Shown here piece after piece: positions 41,924 through 52,944 of a stretch of 64,000 nucleotides of DNA. The DNA is from an uncultured Planctomycetaceae bacterium (GTDB taxonomy: Bacteria > Planctomycetota > Planctomycetia > Isosphaerales > Isosphaeraceae). The position numbers and the translations under genes were made by a program. Position 1 is the stretch's first letter. Each line of letters opens with the position of its first letter. Below the pieces are notes generated by a model, which worked only from the letters and a program-made list of their open reading frames with translations, was not told the origin of the DNA and searched no databases. The DNA is taken from the NCBI GenBank assembly GCA_963833985.1, contig CAWIAD010000002.1, positions 2,976,001 to 3,040,000 of the forward strand, written 5' to 3'.

Positions 41924-42075
41924 CGGAAGACACCCCGCACGAGCACCAGGTCGGACCACGGCAAGGCCTTGGGCAAGGCCGACACGAATTCCTAAAATGT
42001 ACAGTTGTGGCAGCCTCGGACGCAAGTCCTAGGCTCGCTGATTTCCGACCGGGATCGATTGGATGAGGGCACGGT

Positions 42076-42381
42076 ATGGCCGAATGGGTCAAAATGTGCC
42101 GGCTTGACGAGTTGCCCGCTGGGCGCGGCCTCGCCCGCGAGGTGCTTGGCCTGCGTGTGGCCCTCTTCCGGGAGGGGAACACCGCCGCAGCGCTCGGGGA
42201 CCGCTGCCCGCACGCTGGCGGGTCGCTGGGTCAGGGCTGGATCGCCGAGGGCGAGGTGGTCTGCCCCTTGCACCGCTGGCAATTCCGACTCCGCGACGGC
42301 CGGTGCACCACCATCCCTGGAGAACGGGTGCACCGCTTTCCCGTGCAGGTCCGCGACGGGGATGTCTGGGTTCTGGTGTGA
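42076..42381 (+). CDS. Rieske [2Fe-2S] ferredoxin (NirD-like)
   Basis: CPHAG...CPLH. Confidence 0.9.
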   Translation: MAEWVKMCRLDELPAGRGLAREVLGLRVALFREGNTAAALGDRCPHAGGSLGQGWIAEGEVVCPLHRWQFRLRDGRCTTIPGERVHRFPVQVRDGDVWVLV

Positions 42382-42501
42382 ACCCGTTGCGTTCGCGCAC
42401 GCCTTGATTGCGCTCACGTCATCCCACGCCCGAGGGGATGCCAGTGACACGCCCTGCCGCCCGAAGGCGGTCGGTCCGCTGAGCGCCCACGGCAGTGGCG
42501 T

Positions 42502-44656
42502 TCACTCTGCGTCGATGAGCACCCCCTGCTCGCGCAGCTTGCTCCGTTCGGCCGCCGAGAGACTCCGGCGGCGGAGCAGGACGACGGATTCGCTGAGACG
42601 TTCGACCTCCTTCCTGAGCACCGCCACAACCCGGTCAGCCGTTTCGGCATCAGGGCAGCGGATGATCGTGCCGGTCGACACCTTCGCCCTGCGGACCCAG
42701 CCGCACCAGTCGCTGACCTGGCGAAGTACGTTGGCGGGGACATCATTGCTGGCCACGCCCTGGAGCCGGCCAATGATCTCCGAGGGCGACATGCCTTGCG
42801 CCACGGCCCGGACCAGGGATTCCCGTGTCAATCGAAGCGTGAGGGCCCCGTGACCGCCGTGCTTCTCACGATCACAGAAGGGGACCAGCTCGGCCGCAGG
42901 AGCCATATCAACTCCAATGACGATGATGCTGAAATCCGGCTGGACCACCACGCGCGTCTGAGATGGCGCCGGTGTCGACGTCTCGGCCGCCGCCGGCTTG
43001 CGACCGAAGTAGGCGTCGAGCCGGGGCGTGCGGGCAACGCACAAGATATGTCTGGCCGTGACGGCCGTCTGCACGCAGCCCAGCGGAATCAGCCGCTTGT
43101 GGAAGAGAGCCGCCAGCATGGACCGGGCTACCTCCTCCCTGCGCTCGAACAGGGGCGGGACGTGCCGGGAAGCCACAAATACGTTGACCTCTTCATGGCT
43201 CTTCCGCCCGAGCAGAAGAGGATTGAACTCGCCGAAGACCAGATGGCCCAGGAGATCCTCCAATGCGTGAAAGACCCCTGGCTGCATCATCTCAAGAGAA
43301 CGGAACATCGAATCGCGGAGCGCCTGGTGGTCGCCGGTCCGGACCTGGCGGCGTTTCGGTTTCTCGTCCCCGCGGACTGGCACGGCGGACACGTCATACG
43401 CCAGGAACCGGAAGTCGGCGCCGAAGCCGTGGTACTCGCCGTCAAGAAGTGAGAACAACTCCAGGCCTTGATTGACGTCGCCTTGTTCGGGTTGGAGAAG
43501 GGGCAATTCATAGACCGCCTCGTACTGTGCCTCAAGACTGCTGGAAAGCCAGGCCCTTCCCCGGGGAGAGACCTCCAGACGCCGCGGCACGGATTGCTTG
43601 ATGTCGCTCACCAATTCCAGAAGCCGCGCCCATCCGCCGGCCTGGGAGAGCCGCCTGTCAAAGGTCAGCTTCAGGGCATGGACCAGATCCAGGGGGTATG
43701 GCGTGAACCCGCCCAGGATCCGATCCATGTCCTTCTGATAGATCTGGCCGTCCTGCCGCAACCTGGCCGGCTCGACAAGCATTTCCAGCAAGAAGGCTCG
43801 CAGATCGTCCACCACGAACCCTGCTTCCGGCCCGTAAACCTCGAGCTGACTGGCCACGGCCAGCGGTGGACGCGCGCGGGGCTGAAGCGCACGCGCCATG
43901 CCCGCGCGCACGATGGGCAACAGCCCGATGACGATCTCCAGAGTTGCCGGGTCGAGATCCTCGAACAGAACCAGGCAAGCCTTCAGGACATCAAGGGCTT
44001 CCTGGAGCGCGGGGGCCGGCACGTCGGGCAGCTTCGCAACAATCCGGTCGCGCGTGAGCGGGCCGTTCGCCTCGCGCAGCACCTGGAGAACTTGAGGCGC
44101 AGACGGGGTTCTGGAGCCATCCGGAGACCCATTCGGGCCAGCGATGACTGGCCACGTAATTTCCCACGATCTCCTCAAACTCGAGATACTCATCGATGCC
44201 GACTTCCTGGAGCAGAGTGTCGACGATCACATCCGCCCCCATGTTGGAGGCGTCGCTCACGTAAGCTTGCAGCAGCGTCGGATTCACCTTCCGGAGCAGG
44301 TGATACCGGTCGAGTGCGCGCACATGCTCCAGGAACTCGGAACTGAGCAGCGTCGCGAAGACCCGATCACGCGGTTTGCCGAACCGCTCGCTCTTCCGCT
44401 CCACCAATCCGGCCGCTTCCAGTTCCTGAAGCACTTCGGGAGCGAAGATGTCAGCGCTTGCGCCCTGCGCAGGGCCGGTCGCGCGCCGGGAACGATCCTG
44501 CGCCGGCACCTCGTTCAGATAGGCCAGCCGGGCCGCTGGAGACAGCTTCTGCCACGCGGCCTCGCAGCGCCCCAACTGCTTGGCACTGTCAGCCCGGAAC
44601 GGAAAAGCAGACATGATCCAGGACCGCACTTCCTTCCAGCCGGTGGTTCTGGACAT
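42502..44656 (-). CDS. Protein with C-terminal helicase-associated (Helicase_C_3-like) domain; frameshift near 44130
   Basis: VVVQPDFSI, LTRESLVRAVAQG, VPANVLRQVSDW. Confidence 0.75.
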
Positions 44657-44765
44657 GACGTCTGGCCGCCTCCATCACTCTGGACAAGCCGGGTTTCCCC
44701 GCGCCACAATCGGGCAAGTCGCAACGCTGAACACCCACACCGAAAATACCAGCGGAGTTCCGTGC

Positions 44766-44993
44766 ATGGCCACTGAAGAAGAACGCAAGCACGCTTACAA
44801 GGCATTCAAGAAGCGGCTCAAGCTGATGCGTCTGGACGATCAGTCCGGGCTGAGCCCCGGCAGCAAGACGTCGCGCATCGGCGGCATCACGCCGCCTCCG
44901 GGCCATCCCGCCGGCGTCTGGGATGAGCTCGTGGCCGAGGGCAAGCTCAAGCAAGAAGGGCACGGCATCTATTCGATGGCCAACGAGATCTGA
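44766..44993 (+). CDS. Small basic hypothetical protein
   Basis: AYKAFKKRLKLMRLDD...VWDELVAEGKLK; GGAG RBS. Confidence 0.7.
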   Translation: MATEEERKHAYKAFKKRLKLMRLDDQSGLSPGSKTSRIGGITPPPGHPAGVWDELVAEGKLKQEGHGIYSMANEI

Positions 44994-45068
44994 GCAGGTC
45001 CGCGGAAGTCTTTGGGCAGGATTGCCGTTCGCTTGCCCCGGCGGCTCAGGGCCCTGCCTGGCCGCTCT

Positions 45069-45230
45069 CCTCGTGGGGTACGATTCCAATCGTGCCATGC
45101 CATTCTCGTGGGGCACGATTCCGATCGTGCCATTCCTGGTCCATCAGATAAAAGAAGTGACACGATCGGAATCGTATCCCACGAGGAGGAGAGGATGGAA
45201 GAAGCGACACGAATGGTATCGTGGCCCACA
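45069..45230. repeat. REP-like cluster (two forward and two inverted copies)
   Basis: GTGG + GGCACGAT-TCCG-ATCGTGCC hairpin units at about 45071, 45106 and inverted at about 45159-45185, 45206-45229; between convergent genes. Confidence 0.8.
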
Positions 45231-45347
45231 AAGAGCGGCCTCCTGGTCATCCAGGATCGCATCAACCCGCTGAATGCCTGTCAAGGAACCATTGCAAACC
45301 TGCTGAACAGCCGGCACGCCACCAGCCTCCGACATCGTGGGGGGTGG

Positions 45348-45800
45348 TCACGGTGCTTCTGGCTGGGGCATGTCGCTGGTGCGGATCAGCTCGCCCCAGG
45401 CGCGGAGGTAGGCCACCAGGCCGTCGAACCGCCAGCCGCCATCCTCCGGGATGAACTGGAACACCGCGCCCACGCGGTTGGTCGGGCAGATCCAGACGTT
45501 CGGCCCATCACGCCAGGCCTGGAAGTTCTTGTTGATGGTGCGCGGCAGACCGGCAATGCCTCCCTCGGGTCCGAACGCCAGCTCGTGAGCGGCAAGGTAG
45601 CGCCGGGAACAGAGCTGGCGCGCCATGCCCAGGCGGTCGGCCTCCGGCAGATCGGTCTGGTCGCCCAGGCTCACCAGCTCCGAATAGACGCGCACGGCCT
45701 CACGCACCGGCCGGGTCGCCGCAATCTCGTAAGCCAGGCCGGCACAGGCCACGATCACGATTGTCCCGATGATGAGCTTCAGGCGGGTGCGGTGCTGCAT
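45348..45800 (-). CDS. Exported hypothetical protein
   Basis: N-terminal hydrophobic helix; last gene of GTPase operon. Confidence 0.65.
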   Translation of the reverse strand: MQHRTRLKLIIGTIVIVACAGLAYEIAATRPVREAVRVYSELVSLGDQTDLPEADRLGMARQLCSRRYLAAHELAFGPEGGIAGLPRTINKNFQAWRDGPNVWICPTNRVGAVFQFIPEDGGWRFDGLVAYLRAWGELIRTSDMPQPEAP

Positions 45801-45864
45801 CGGCGTTCCTGGTTCTTTCCTTTCGGGCAATGGACAGGCAACAGGCATGGTCGCTGGCTTCATT

Positions 45865-47337
45865 TCATTTCCTGAGCCGCTTCTTGAGGTCGTCCCGCAG
45901 GCGCTCGATGACCGAGTCGGTCTTGGCCTGCACGAGCAAGTGCTGGACGACGGTCTTGATTCCCTTGGGTCCCCACTGGCAGCCCTGGCGGAGGTACGTA
46001 CTGGCGCCGTGCCCGATGACGTATGAGGTCGACGCCGCGGCCGCGGCCTGGGTGATCCCGATGGCCCCGTAGCCCAGGGCCGTGAGCGGGCCGGCCAGGC
46101 CGCCGGTCATGATGGTCAGCCCCGCCATCGCCGACTTGACCCCGCTGGCGACCAGGCGGGTCGCTACCTGGAGCAGGCCCATCGCCCCCAGCGCGATGCT
46201 CATGTCGCGCACCAGCTTGATGGCCGAGGTCCTCGTGAGCGGAATGCCATAGACCCGGGACAGTGACAGGATCATCGCCACGTCCACCGCCACGCCGCCG
46301 GCCAGGTCGGCCACGGGAATGGGGTTGATGCCCACCGCCGCACCCTTGGCCAGCGAGAAGTTCCAGATCAGCCGGTTCGCCGCCTCGTCGCGAATCCGCA
46401 CCTTGCGGCGGACGATCTCCTCGTGCAGGTCGCCGGCCAGAAGCAGCGTGTTCAGGGCCACCAGCGCCTTACCCTCGCGCTCGAGGACGTCGAGGATCCT
46501 CGCCTTGAGCGGCTCGATCACCGGCGCGGGGCGTTCCCAGATGATCTTCGACGTGCCGTCGGGCTCCTGGATCTTGATTCGCACCGGGTCCGGCCGGGCC
46601 GCGGTCAGCACGATGTCCTCCGGCCGGATGAGCCCTTTCACGCGCTCGTCCTCAAGCTTGGCGTGGATCTGCTGGCGGTCGGCCTCGGGATAGCGGTCGA
46701 TCTGGTTGAATACCAGGAGGATCGGCTTCTGGTGCGACCGGAGCTGTGACAGCGCCTGAACTTCCCTGCGCTGCATGTCGCCGGAGATGATGAAGAGAAT
46801 CAGGTCCGCCGTCCGGGCCACCTCGCGAGCGAGGATCTCCCGGACCTCGCCGGCCACCTCGTCGATGCCCGGCGTGTCCACAAGGACAAGCCTGGCCTGG
46901 TTCAGCCCCGCGGAGCCCGTGGCCCCCTCCTCCCAGCGCTGGGCCAGCCGCGAAGTCGTGGTGCCATGCGTGGCGCCGACCTCGAACACGTCGCGGCCGA
47001 GCAGGGCATTGAGCACCGACGACTTGCCCCGGCTCACCATGCCGAAGGCCGCGATCTCGATCGTCGTCTCGTCCAGCTTCTTCGTCAGCTCGCGGAGCTG
47101 AGCAATCTCCGTGGCAAGCGCTTTTTCCTCCTCGGGCGTGAGCTTGAGCCCGGCGAGCGTCGTTTCCAGGCTGTCGCGGGCACGTATGACGGCGTCGGAG
47201 GAGTCCGCTCCGGTGTGGTTTGGCGGGAGTTGCGCGGACGGTCTTGGTGCAGGTCCCGCAGCCGGCGGCGCATCACCCGGCTGGGCCGCGGCCTGGTCCG
47301 AGTTGTCCGGGGTTGGCTCGGTCTCAAGCTCGGCCAT
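45865..47337 (-). CDS. Era-like GTPase with DUF697 membrane domain
   Basis: GMVSRGKSS, DTPG, NQID, INPIPVADL. Confidence 0.85.
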   Translation of the reverse strand: MAELETEPTPDNSDQAAAQPGDAPPAAGPAPRPSAQLPPNHTGADSSDAVIRARDSLETTLAGLKLTPEEEKALATEIAQLRELTKKLDETTIEIAAFGMVSRGKSSVLNALLGRDVFEVGATHGTTTSRLAQRWEEGATGSAGLNQARLVLVDTPGIDEVAGEVREILAREVARTADLILFIISGDMQRREVQALSQLRSHQKPILLVFNQIDRYPEADRQQIHAKLEDERVKGLIRPEDIVLTAARPDPVRIKIQEPDGTSKIIWERPAPVIEPLKARILDVLEREGKALVALNTLLLAGDLHEEIVRRKVRIRDEAANRLIWNFSLAKGAAVGINPIPVADLAGGVAVDVAMILSLSRVYGIPLTRTSAIKLVRDMSIALGAMGLLQVATRLVASGVKSAMAGLTIMTGGLAGPLTALGYGAIGITQAAAAASTSYVIGHGASTYLRQGCQWGPKGIKTVVQHLLVQAKTDSVIERLRDDLKKRLRK

Positions 47338-48670
47338 CAAGGGCATTCCTCATGCGTTCGTGGACATCGTGGGTCCAGGACTCACATAGCCGTGCCAGTC
47401 CGAGCAAATCGCGATCCGCGCCGGGCCGGCCGACAAGCTGGATACCCAGGGGAAGACCCTGCCGGCAAAAACCGACAGGGAAGCAGACCGTCGGAAAACC
47501 GAGATAACTCCAGGGCGCCTGGAACACGGGATCCCCGGTCGTCGAACGGTCCGGTGCGGGACCGATCGCCGCGGGAATGACGAAGCCATCCGCATCCCCC
47601 AGGAGCGCGAGCATGCGGGTGACAGACTCTGCCTTCTGCCAGCGGGCCAGCGCCACGTCCGCGTCGCGATAGCTTTCCCCTTCGCGAATGAGTTCGGTGA
47701 TCCGCGGCGGATAGGCTTCCGGATAGAGTGCAAGCCGATGCCGATGAACCGAGCTCGCCTCACTCGCCATGATCATCCTGTGGCTCGTGAGCAGGGTCTC
47801 GAACAGGTCGGGTGCCTCCCGCTCCCCGACGCGGGCCGCACCCCAGCCTTCAAACCACTTCAGAAACGCCCCCATCGCCCAGCGCATCTCGGCGTGGGCA
47901 CGGTCGTCGAAGAACCCGGCCAGGCGGACTAACTGCACAGGACTGCGCTCCGGATATCGCGCTTCCAGCGGCTGTTCCTCCAGGCCCTGCAACGCCTCGT
48001 AGATGATCCTCAGGGCGCCCACGTTGCGAGCGAGGGGCCCAGGATGGTCAAGACTGGGAGCCAGCGGATAGATTCCCTCCGTGCTGAGCTGCCCGAAGCT
48101 CGGCTTCATCCCGCAGACACCGCAGAACGCGGCCGGCCGGATGATCGAGCCGCCGGTCTGAGTGCCCAGCGCGCCCAGGCACATGCCGCACGCGACCGCA
48201 GCCGCCGACCCGCTCGATGACCCGCCAGGCGTGCGATCCAGGTTCCACGGGTTGCGTGTGACGGGAGGATCAACCCAGGCGTAGGCCGTGGTCACCGTCT
48301 TGCCGAGGATCACCGCTCCTGCCGCGCGCAGCCGCGCGACGATCGCCGCATCGCGGTCCCTGGGCCGATCGTCGCCGCGCGGGGAGCCGCAGAGCGAGGG
48401 CATACCCTGGACGTCGATGATGTCCTTGACCCCGATCGGCATCCCGTGCATTGGCCCGCGGTCACGGCCGGCGTGCAGCTCGGCATCCAGCTCCCGGGCC
48501 CGAGCCAGGGCGCCATCCCGGTCCACACGCACCCAGGCCCGCACCTCGTGCTCGCGCCGATCGATCTGATCGAGGCAGTTTTGAAGGATCTGGACGCACG
48601 TCGTTTCGCCGAGGCGCAGGCGGCGGGCCGTGCCGGCGATGGTCCCAGAATCTTCGGGAAGGAGCCTCAT
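47324..48670 (-). CDS. Amidase-signature family enzyme (GatA-like)
   Basis: GVKDIIDV, TPGGSSSGSAAAVA, GTQTGGSIIRPA. Confidence 0.92.
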   Translation of the reverse strand: MRLLPEDSGTIAGTARRLRLGETTCVQILQNCLDQIDRREHEVRAWVRVDRDGALARARELDAELHAGRDRGPMHGMPIGVKDIIDVQGMPSLCGSPRGDDRPRDRDAAIVARLRAAGAVILGKTVTTAYAWVDPPVTRNPWNLDRTPGGSSSGSAAAVACGMCLGALGTQTGGSIIRPAAFCGVCGMKPSFGQLSTEGIYPLAPSLDHPGPLARNVGALRIIYEALQGLEEQPLEARYPERSPVQLVRLAGFFDDRAHAEMRWAMGAFLKWFEGWGAARVGEREAPDLFETLLTSHRMIMASEASSVHRHRLALYPEAYPPRITELIREGESYRDADVALARWQKAESVTRMLALLGDADGFVIPAAIGPAPDRSTTGDPVFQAPWSYLGFPTVCFPVGFCRQGLPLGIQLVGRPGADRDLLGLARLCESWTHDVHERMRNALDGRA

Positions 48671-50257
48671 CGCGCCCCCTTCCGCGGCGATGAGACGGGG
48701 CCGGCGCTCGAGGAAGGTTGCAGCTTCTGGAGGATCCGGTGCACGAACTGCCCGGCGAAGTCCTGCAAAAACTCGGTCCGGCTGGTCTCCTCGAACTGGC
48801 GCAGCACCACGCTGTCAATTCCCCCCGCGCCCCAGGACTGCTCCTGGCGGAAGTACTCCAGGAACGCCTTGCCGGAGATGCGCGTCAGGTAGGCCATCGT
48901 CACCGCCTGGACCGCGCCGCCGGCCGCGAAGCCCACCAGCGAGCGCTTGAAGATGCCGGCGATCAGCGACGTGGCGGCCTCAATGAGCCCGAGCTTGAGC
49001 ACCGATTGCACCATCTGGCCTGCCAGCCCGCGCACCTGGCCTGCCGAGAGCTCCGCCCCCTGCACGCGCCAGCTCGGCGATCATCTCGAGCTGCACGGCG
49101 CCTCCGGAGAGGATGTCGAGCGCGGGAATCGGGTTGGCGAAGACCGTGGCCGCGGTGATCCACTGGTGCTGGTCCACGACCTCGATCGCTCGTCGCTCCC
49201 GCTCGCGGCGAAGCTGCTCCTGGGCCTCCTGCTCGAGCACCCGGCCGCGCACCAGCAGGTTCATGGCGTGCAGAAGTTTTCCCTCGCCGCGAAGCAGCTC
49301 GACCATCCGCGACAGGAGCCCGGCGATGTCCGGGTCTTCCTTCTCGATCACGGTCTCGAACGTGCCGTCCCCGCGCTGGATGCGGACCGGCAGGGGCCGG
49401 GGTGCGGCCGCCACGGCCACGATGTCCTCCGGCTCGATCACGCCGGAGAGCCGCTCGCGCAGCCTGGACCGGATCGCCGCCAGGTCGGCGTCGGGGAACT
49501 GGTCCTTCTTGTTGAGCACGACGATCGACCGCTTGCCCAGCCGGGCCAGCTCGACCAGGGGCGTATACTCGCTGCGGATCAGGTCATGATCCACCACGAA
49601 CAGCAAGAGGTCGGCACGCACCGCCAGGGACCGGGCCAGGGTCTCGCGCGCCTCGCCGCCTTCGCCGGCTTCGGACATGCCGGGCGTGTCGGTCAGCTCC
49701 ACGAGGGCGTCCACCGACCGGAGCTGATAAGTGTGCGCGGCACCCTCGAGTGTCGTTCCCATCACCGCTTCGGTCTTGCCGACCTCCTGGCCGATCAGGG
49801 CGTTGATCAGTGAGGTCTTGCCCGCCGAGACCGTGCCGAAGACGACGACGCTCAGCTTGTTGAGCTCCTCCTGCCGCTCGGCATGCAGCCGCGCGAGCTC
49901 GCGGGCAAGCTTGGCCCTTTGAGACGGATCATTCACCCGGTCGATGAATTCCCCGGCGCGTTCCGCCTGGAGCCGGGCGGACGCGGCCAGGGTGCCGGGT
50001 ACCGGCTCCGCCGCGGAACGCGACGCAGCATCGCTGCCGCGCCGACCGGGTCGCCGGAACCACCGACCCACGGCCAGGGGCGCGCCGAGCCCGACGGCCA
50101 ATGTCAGCAACAGTGCCGCTGGCAGACTCATGCCGCGGATCCAGGGACCGGACCGCCCCTGGTTCCCAGCGAGCACGACGACCCCGGCCGCCAGCAACAG
50201 CAGCGCCGCCGCGAGCAGAAGGTAGACGTAAGCGTTGCGCGTGCGACGGATGCTCAT
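48667..50257 (-). CDS. Second Era-like GTPase with DUF697 and N-terminal TMs; frameshift near 49060
   Basis: GTVSAGKTS, DTPG, NKKD, ANPIPALD. Confidence 0.85.
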
Positions 50258-50605
50258 GCCGGCGGCCGCCTCCCCGGGCCAGTTGGTTGCGGCGTCATGA
50301 GCACGGCCAACCCCGACCCAGGCGCCCTTCTTCGATTCTGACGCCAGATGCCACGCAGTGGCTAGGGGTCTTCAGCAGGGCTCCAGCGCAGCAAGCCCGC
50401 GTCAGGGCGGACCCCAAGGAGCCAGACCCGGCTGGAGCATCCGTGGGACGAGCTTAAAACGAGCAAGGCGCTACGTCCCACCCTCGCTTCCCAGACTCTG
50501 TCGAGAGGCCCCATGGATGAGAATCTGATGATTCGTAATGGAATGCCATTGCCCTCTTGAGCCAGGGTGTCCGGCAAAGCAAACGGCCCTTACGGCTGGC
50601 GATCG
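50142..50605. repeat. 464-bp direct repeat, copy 1 (5' end and upstream region of GTPase operon)
   Basis: Near-identical to 56281-56744 (offset 6139; about 7 substitutions counted by eye). Confidence 0.92.
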
Positions 50606-51131
50606 CGTACCGGATCGATTCCTGAGACCTTTGCTCTCACCAAGCAGAGAACATGGCTCGTGGGAAAGTCGAAACTTCCGAGCATGGACCTCGCCGTGAG
50701 CGTAGCCATGGCCCGGATTCGAAGCTCAACGGCAACGACCCCGCGTTAATCATCGACTGCTTTGTTTACCCCTGGACCCCAACCGGCCCTATCGGCATGA
50801 TGAAGGCCAAGGGAGCCACGCGGCGGGATCACGGCCAGTCGGCGGGCAGGTAGTGGGCGTCGTTGATCCTGTTTTTGCCCGCGATGTTGCCGCACAGTCC
50901 GGCACGGTCGTGATCCGCGCCGTAGCCGGAAATGAGCGTGAAGTTCGGCTGGCCGGAGCCGCCGAGGAGGAAGGAAGTCGAGCCAGTGAGCATGCGGGCG
51001 AATCCTCTGCAATCGAAGTACAGGCACGTCCAGAGCTTGATCCATCCCGCGCAGTTTGCTCGCGATCAGACGAATGCCCCTTCGCCATCCGTGAGCACGC
51101 GGCGGAGGAGCCGGGTGCCTTGATCTCCAGG

Positions 51132-51584
51132 CTAATGGACTCCAGAGAGGGGCACGCCAACCGTTTGGGCGGCGGATTTCAGCTTGTCATCAAGGGTTGC
51201 CAGCGGCAATCCCCGCCGCATGGCCAGCTCCAGGTAGGCGGCGTCATGGGCCGAAAGATGATGATCGCGGGCAAGGTTCAACGTATTCCCGAACGCATGG
51301 GCCTTTGTTTCGTCATCGACGGCGATGGGGAGCGAGGACAGAAACCCAATCCAGGTGACCGTATTGGCCTGGGTTGACCGTTTACGGCGTTCTCCGACCA
51401 GCAGGGTGTTCGCCACCTCAAGATGCCAGAGATCGGGCACAAAAGCCTGCTCGCAAGCCAATGCGTCGAGCACGGTCTGCGAGTAGGCGTCCTGCTCGTC
51501 GGGGAAGCACCACGCCACGGAAACCGAACTGTCGATGACCAGCCCAGTCTCGGGCGCCTTGGCGGCTGTTTTCTTCCGGCTCAA
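51132..51584 (-). CDS. vapC: VapC PIN-domain toxin
   Basis: VIDSSV, LEVANTL, LSAHDAAYLELA, LATLD. Confidence 0.9.
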   Translation of the reverse strand: MSRKKTAAKAPETGLVIDSSVSVAWCFPDEQDAYSQTVLDALACEQAFVPDLWHLEVANTLLVGERRKRSTQANTVTWIGFLSSLPIAVDDETKAHAFGNTLNLARDHHLSAHDAAYLELAMRRGLPLATLDDKLKSAAQTVGVPLSGVH

Positions 51585-51834
51585 GGCCGTCCCTCCTCGA
51601 TCATCTCCTTGATTTCGCGGGCCTTGAGAGAGCCGTGCTTGCGGGCATGGTCCTGGCTATAGGCCCGGAACTGGGCGATCACGGCGGATACGTCGTGGGC
51701 GGGCACGGCCTGGGCGGGGGACAAAACCGCGACAGGCTTGCCGCGTTTGGTGATGGTGATCGTTTCACCCTTCTCCACCTGGCTCAAGAGCGGGGCAGGT
51801 GCGTCTTGGCTTCGTAGCTGCCAACAGAGTTCAT
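51581..51834 (-). CDS. Phd/YefM-family antitoxin; frameshift near 51792
   Basis: MNSVGSYEAKTHL...QVEKGETITITKRGKPVAVL. Confidence 0.85.
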
Positions 51835-52308
51835 CTGGTACACTCCATGCATGAACTGGTCTAATGCACCTAGTCTAACCGATCTTGCCAAGCCGGTTTA
51901 ATCGCTGGCCCACCCTTCCGCGTACTCAACCAGTATCCTGAGCGTCGTCTGCACGTGGTCCGTCATGCCCAGCCCGGAAGGGAAATCAAGCGATGTGCTC
52001 TCGGCCTGGATTTGGTAGCCATGCGAACACCTCCTGGAAAAGGGACAGGGAAAGTCGCGATTGTGCCAAATGGCATGGAGCGGCAATCCACCCTGCGAAA
52101 CAGGTCCGTGACAGTTGGCATCCATCGCGAATAGTGCCAGCCCGACGCAAGTTACGACTCCTGGATCGGAGACAGACCGGGGCACCGTCGGACGCTTGTC
52201 CGGAGGCCGGGTGGCACTATTCCCCTTTAGCTTCCCATCACTCGCCGATCGCCAGTTTTCCTGTCACACTCGCAAAGCGTTCGGAGGTATTCTCTTCGGA
52301 GGCAGGAG

Positions 52309-52944
52309 ATGAGCATTCAAAACGATGACCGCGAGGCTGATGAAATGTTTCCCCTGCTCGTCGAGGCCGGTAAGGGAAATCGCGACGCCTTCGAGAAAGC
52401 ATTCAACCAGCACCGCGTGGAGTTGCGCCGCGTGGTTGCCCGGCGGCTGGACCGATCGCTACGCGGCCGCCTGGATCCTTCGGACATTGTCCAGGAAGCC
52501 CACCTGGAGGCCCTGGAACGTCTTCCGGAGTACATGGTACGCCGGCCGATGCCGTTTCGTGCCTGGATTTTCCGGACCGCGCTCCAACGATTGCTCAAGC
52601 TCCGCCAGCATGCTCTGGCTGCCCGCCGCGACGTCGGCCGGGAAAAGCCACTGCCCGAGCCCGCATCATCCGCGGGCATCCGGCCGATGCTGACGTCCGG
52701 CTTGACGCCCAGTCAGGACGCGGCGGCGCGTGAGCGGACGAACCGGCTGAACCAGGTACTTCACCAGCTCGCTCCAGCCGATCGGACCATCCTTGAACTT
52801 CGCACCTTTCAGGGGTTGTCTTACGAGGAAGTTGGCAATCGCATGGAGATTGATCCCGCGGCAGCGCGGAAGCGCTATGGGCGGGCGTTGCTGCGGCTTC
52901 GCGTCCTGCTCCTTGCCAACGGACTTACGGAGTCGCGACTGTGA
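52309..52944 (+). CDS. ECF sigma factor coupled to a Ser/Thr kinase
   Basis: LRGRLDPSDIVQE, TPSQ, region 4 LSYEEVG..AARKRYGRAL; overlaps kinase start. Confidence 0.9.
   Translation: MSIQNDDREADEMFPLLVEAGKGNRDAFEKAFNQHRVELRRVVARRLDRSLRGRLDPSDIVQEAHLEALERLPEYMVRRPMPFRAWIFRTALQRLLKLRQHALAARRDVGREKPLPEPASSAGIRPMLTSGLTPSQDAAARERTNRLNQVLHQLAPADRTILELRTFQGLSYEEVGNRMEIDPAAARKRYGRALLRLRVLLLANGLTESRL

Noticed and set aside
45069..45230. Possible CRISPR array
   Set aside because: Units are in mixed orientation with irregular short spacing and no cas genes; fits REP better.
50606..51130. Coding sequence between the duplication and vapC
   Set aside because: Several short frames, none with a recognisable motif or convincing start; probably gene debris.
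52036..52230. AAAAGGGACAGGG and CTATTCCCCTTT as further element ends
   Set aside because: Only a partial match to GGACAGGCA and no clear stutter; left out of the count, though worth including in a motif scan.
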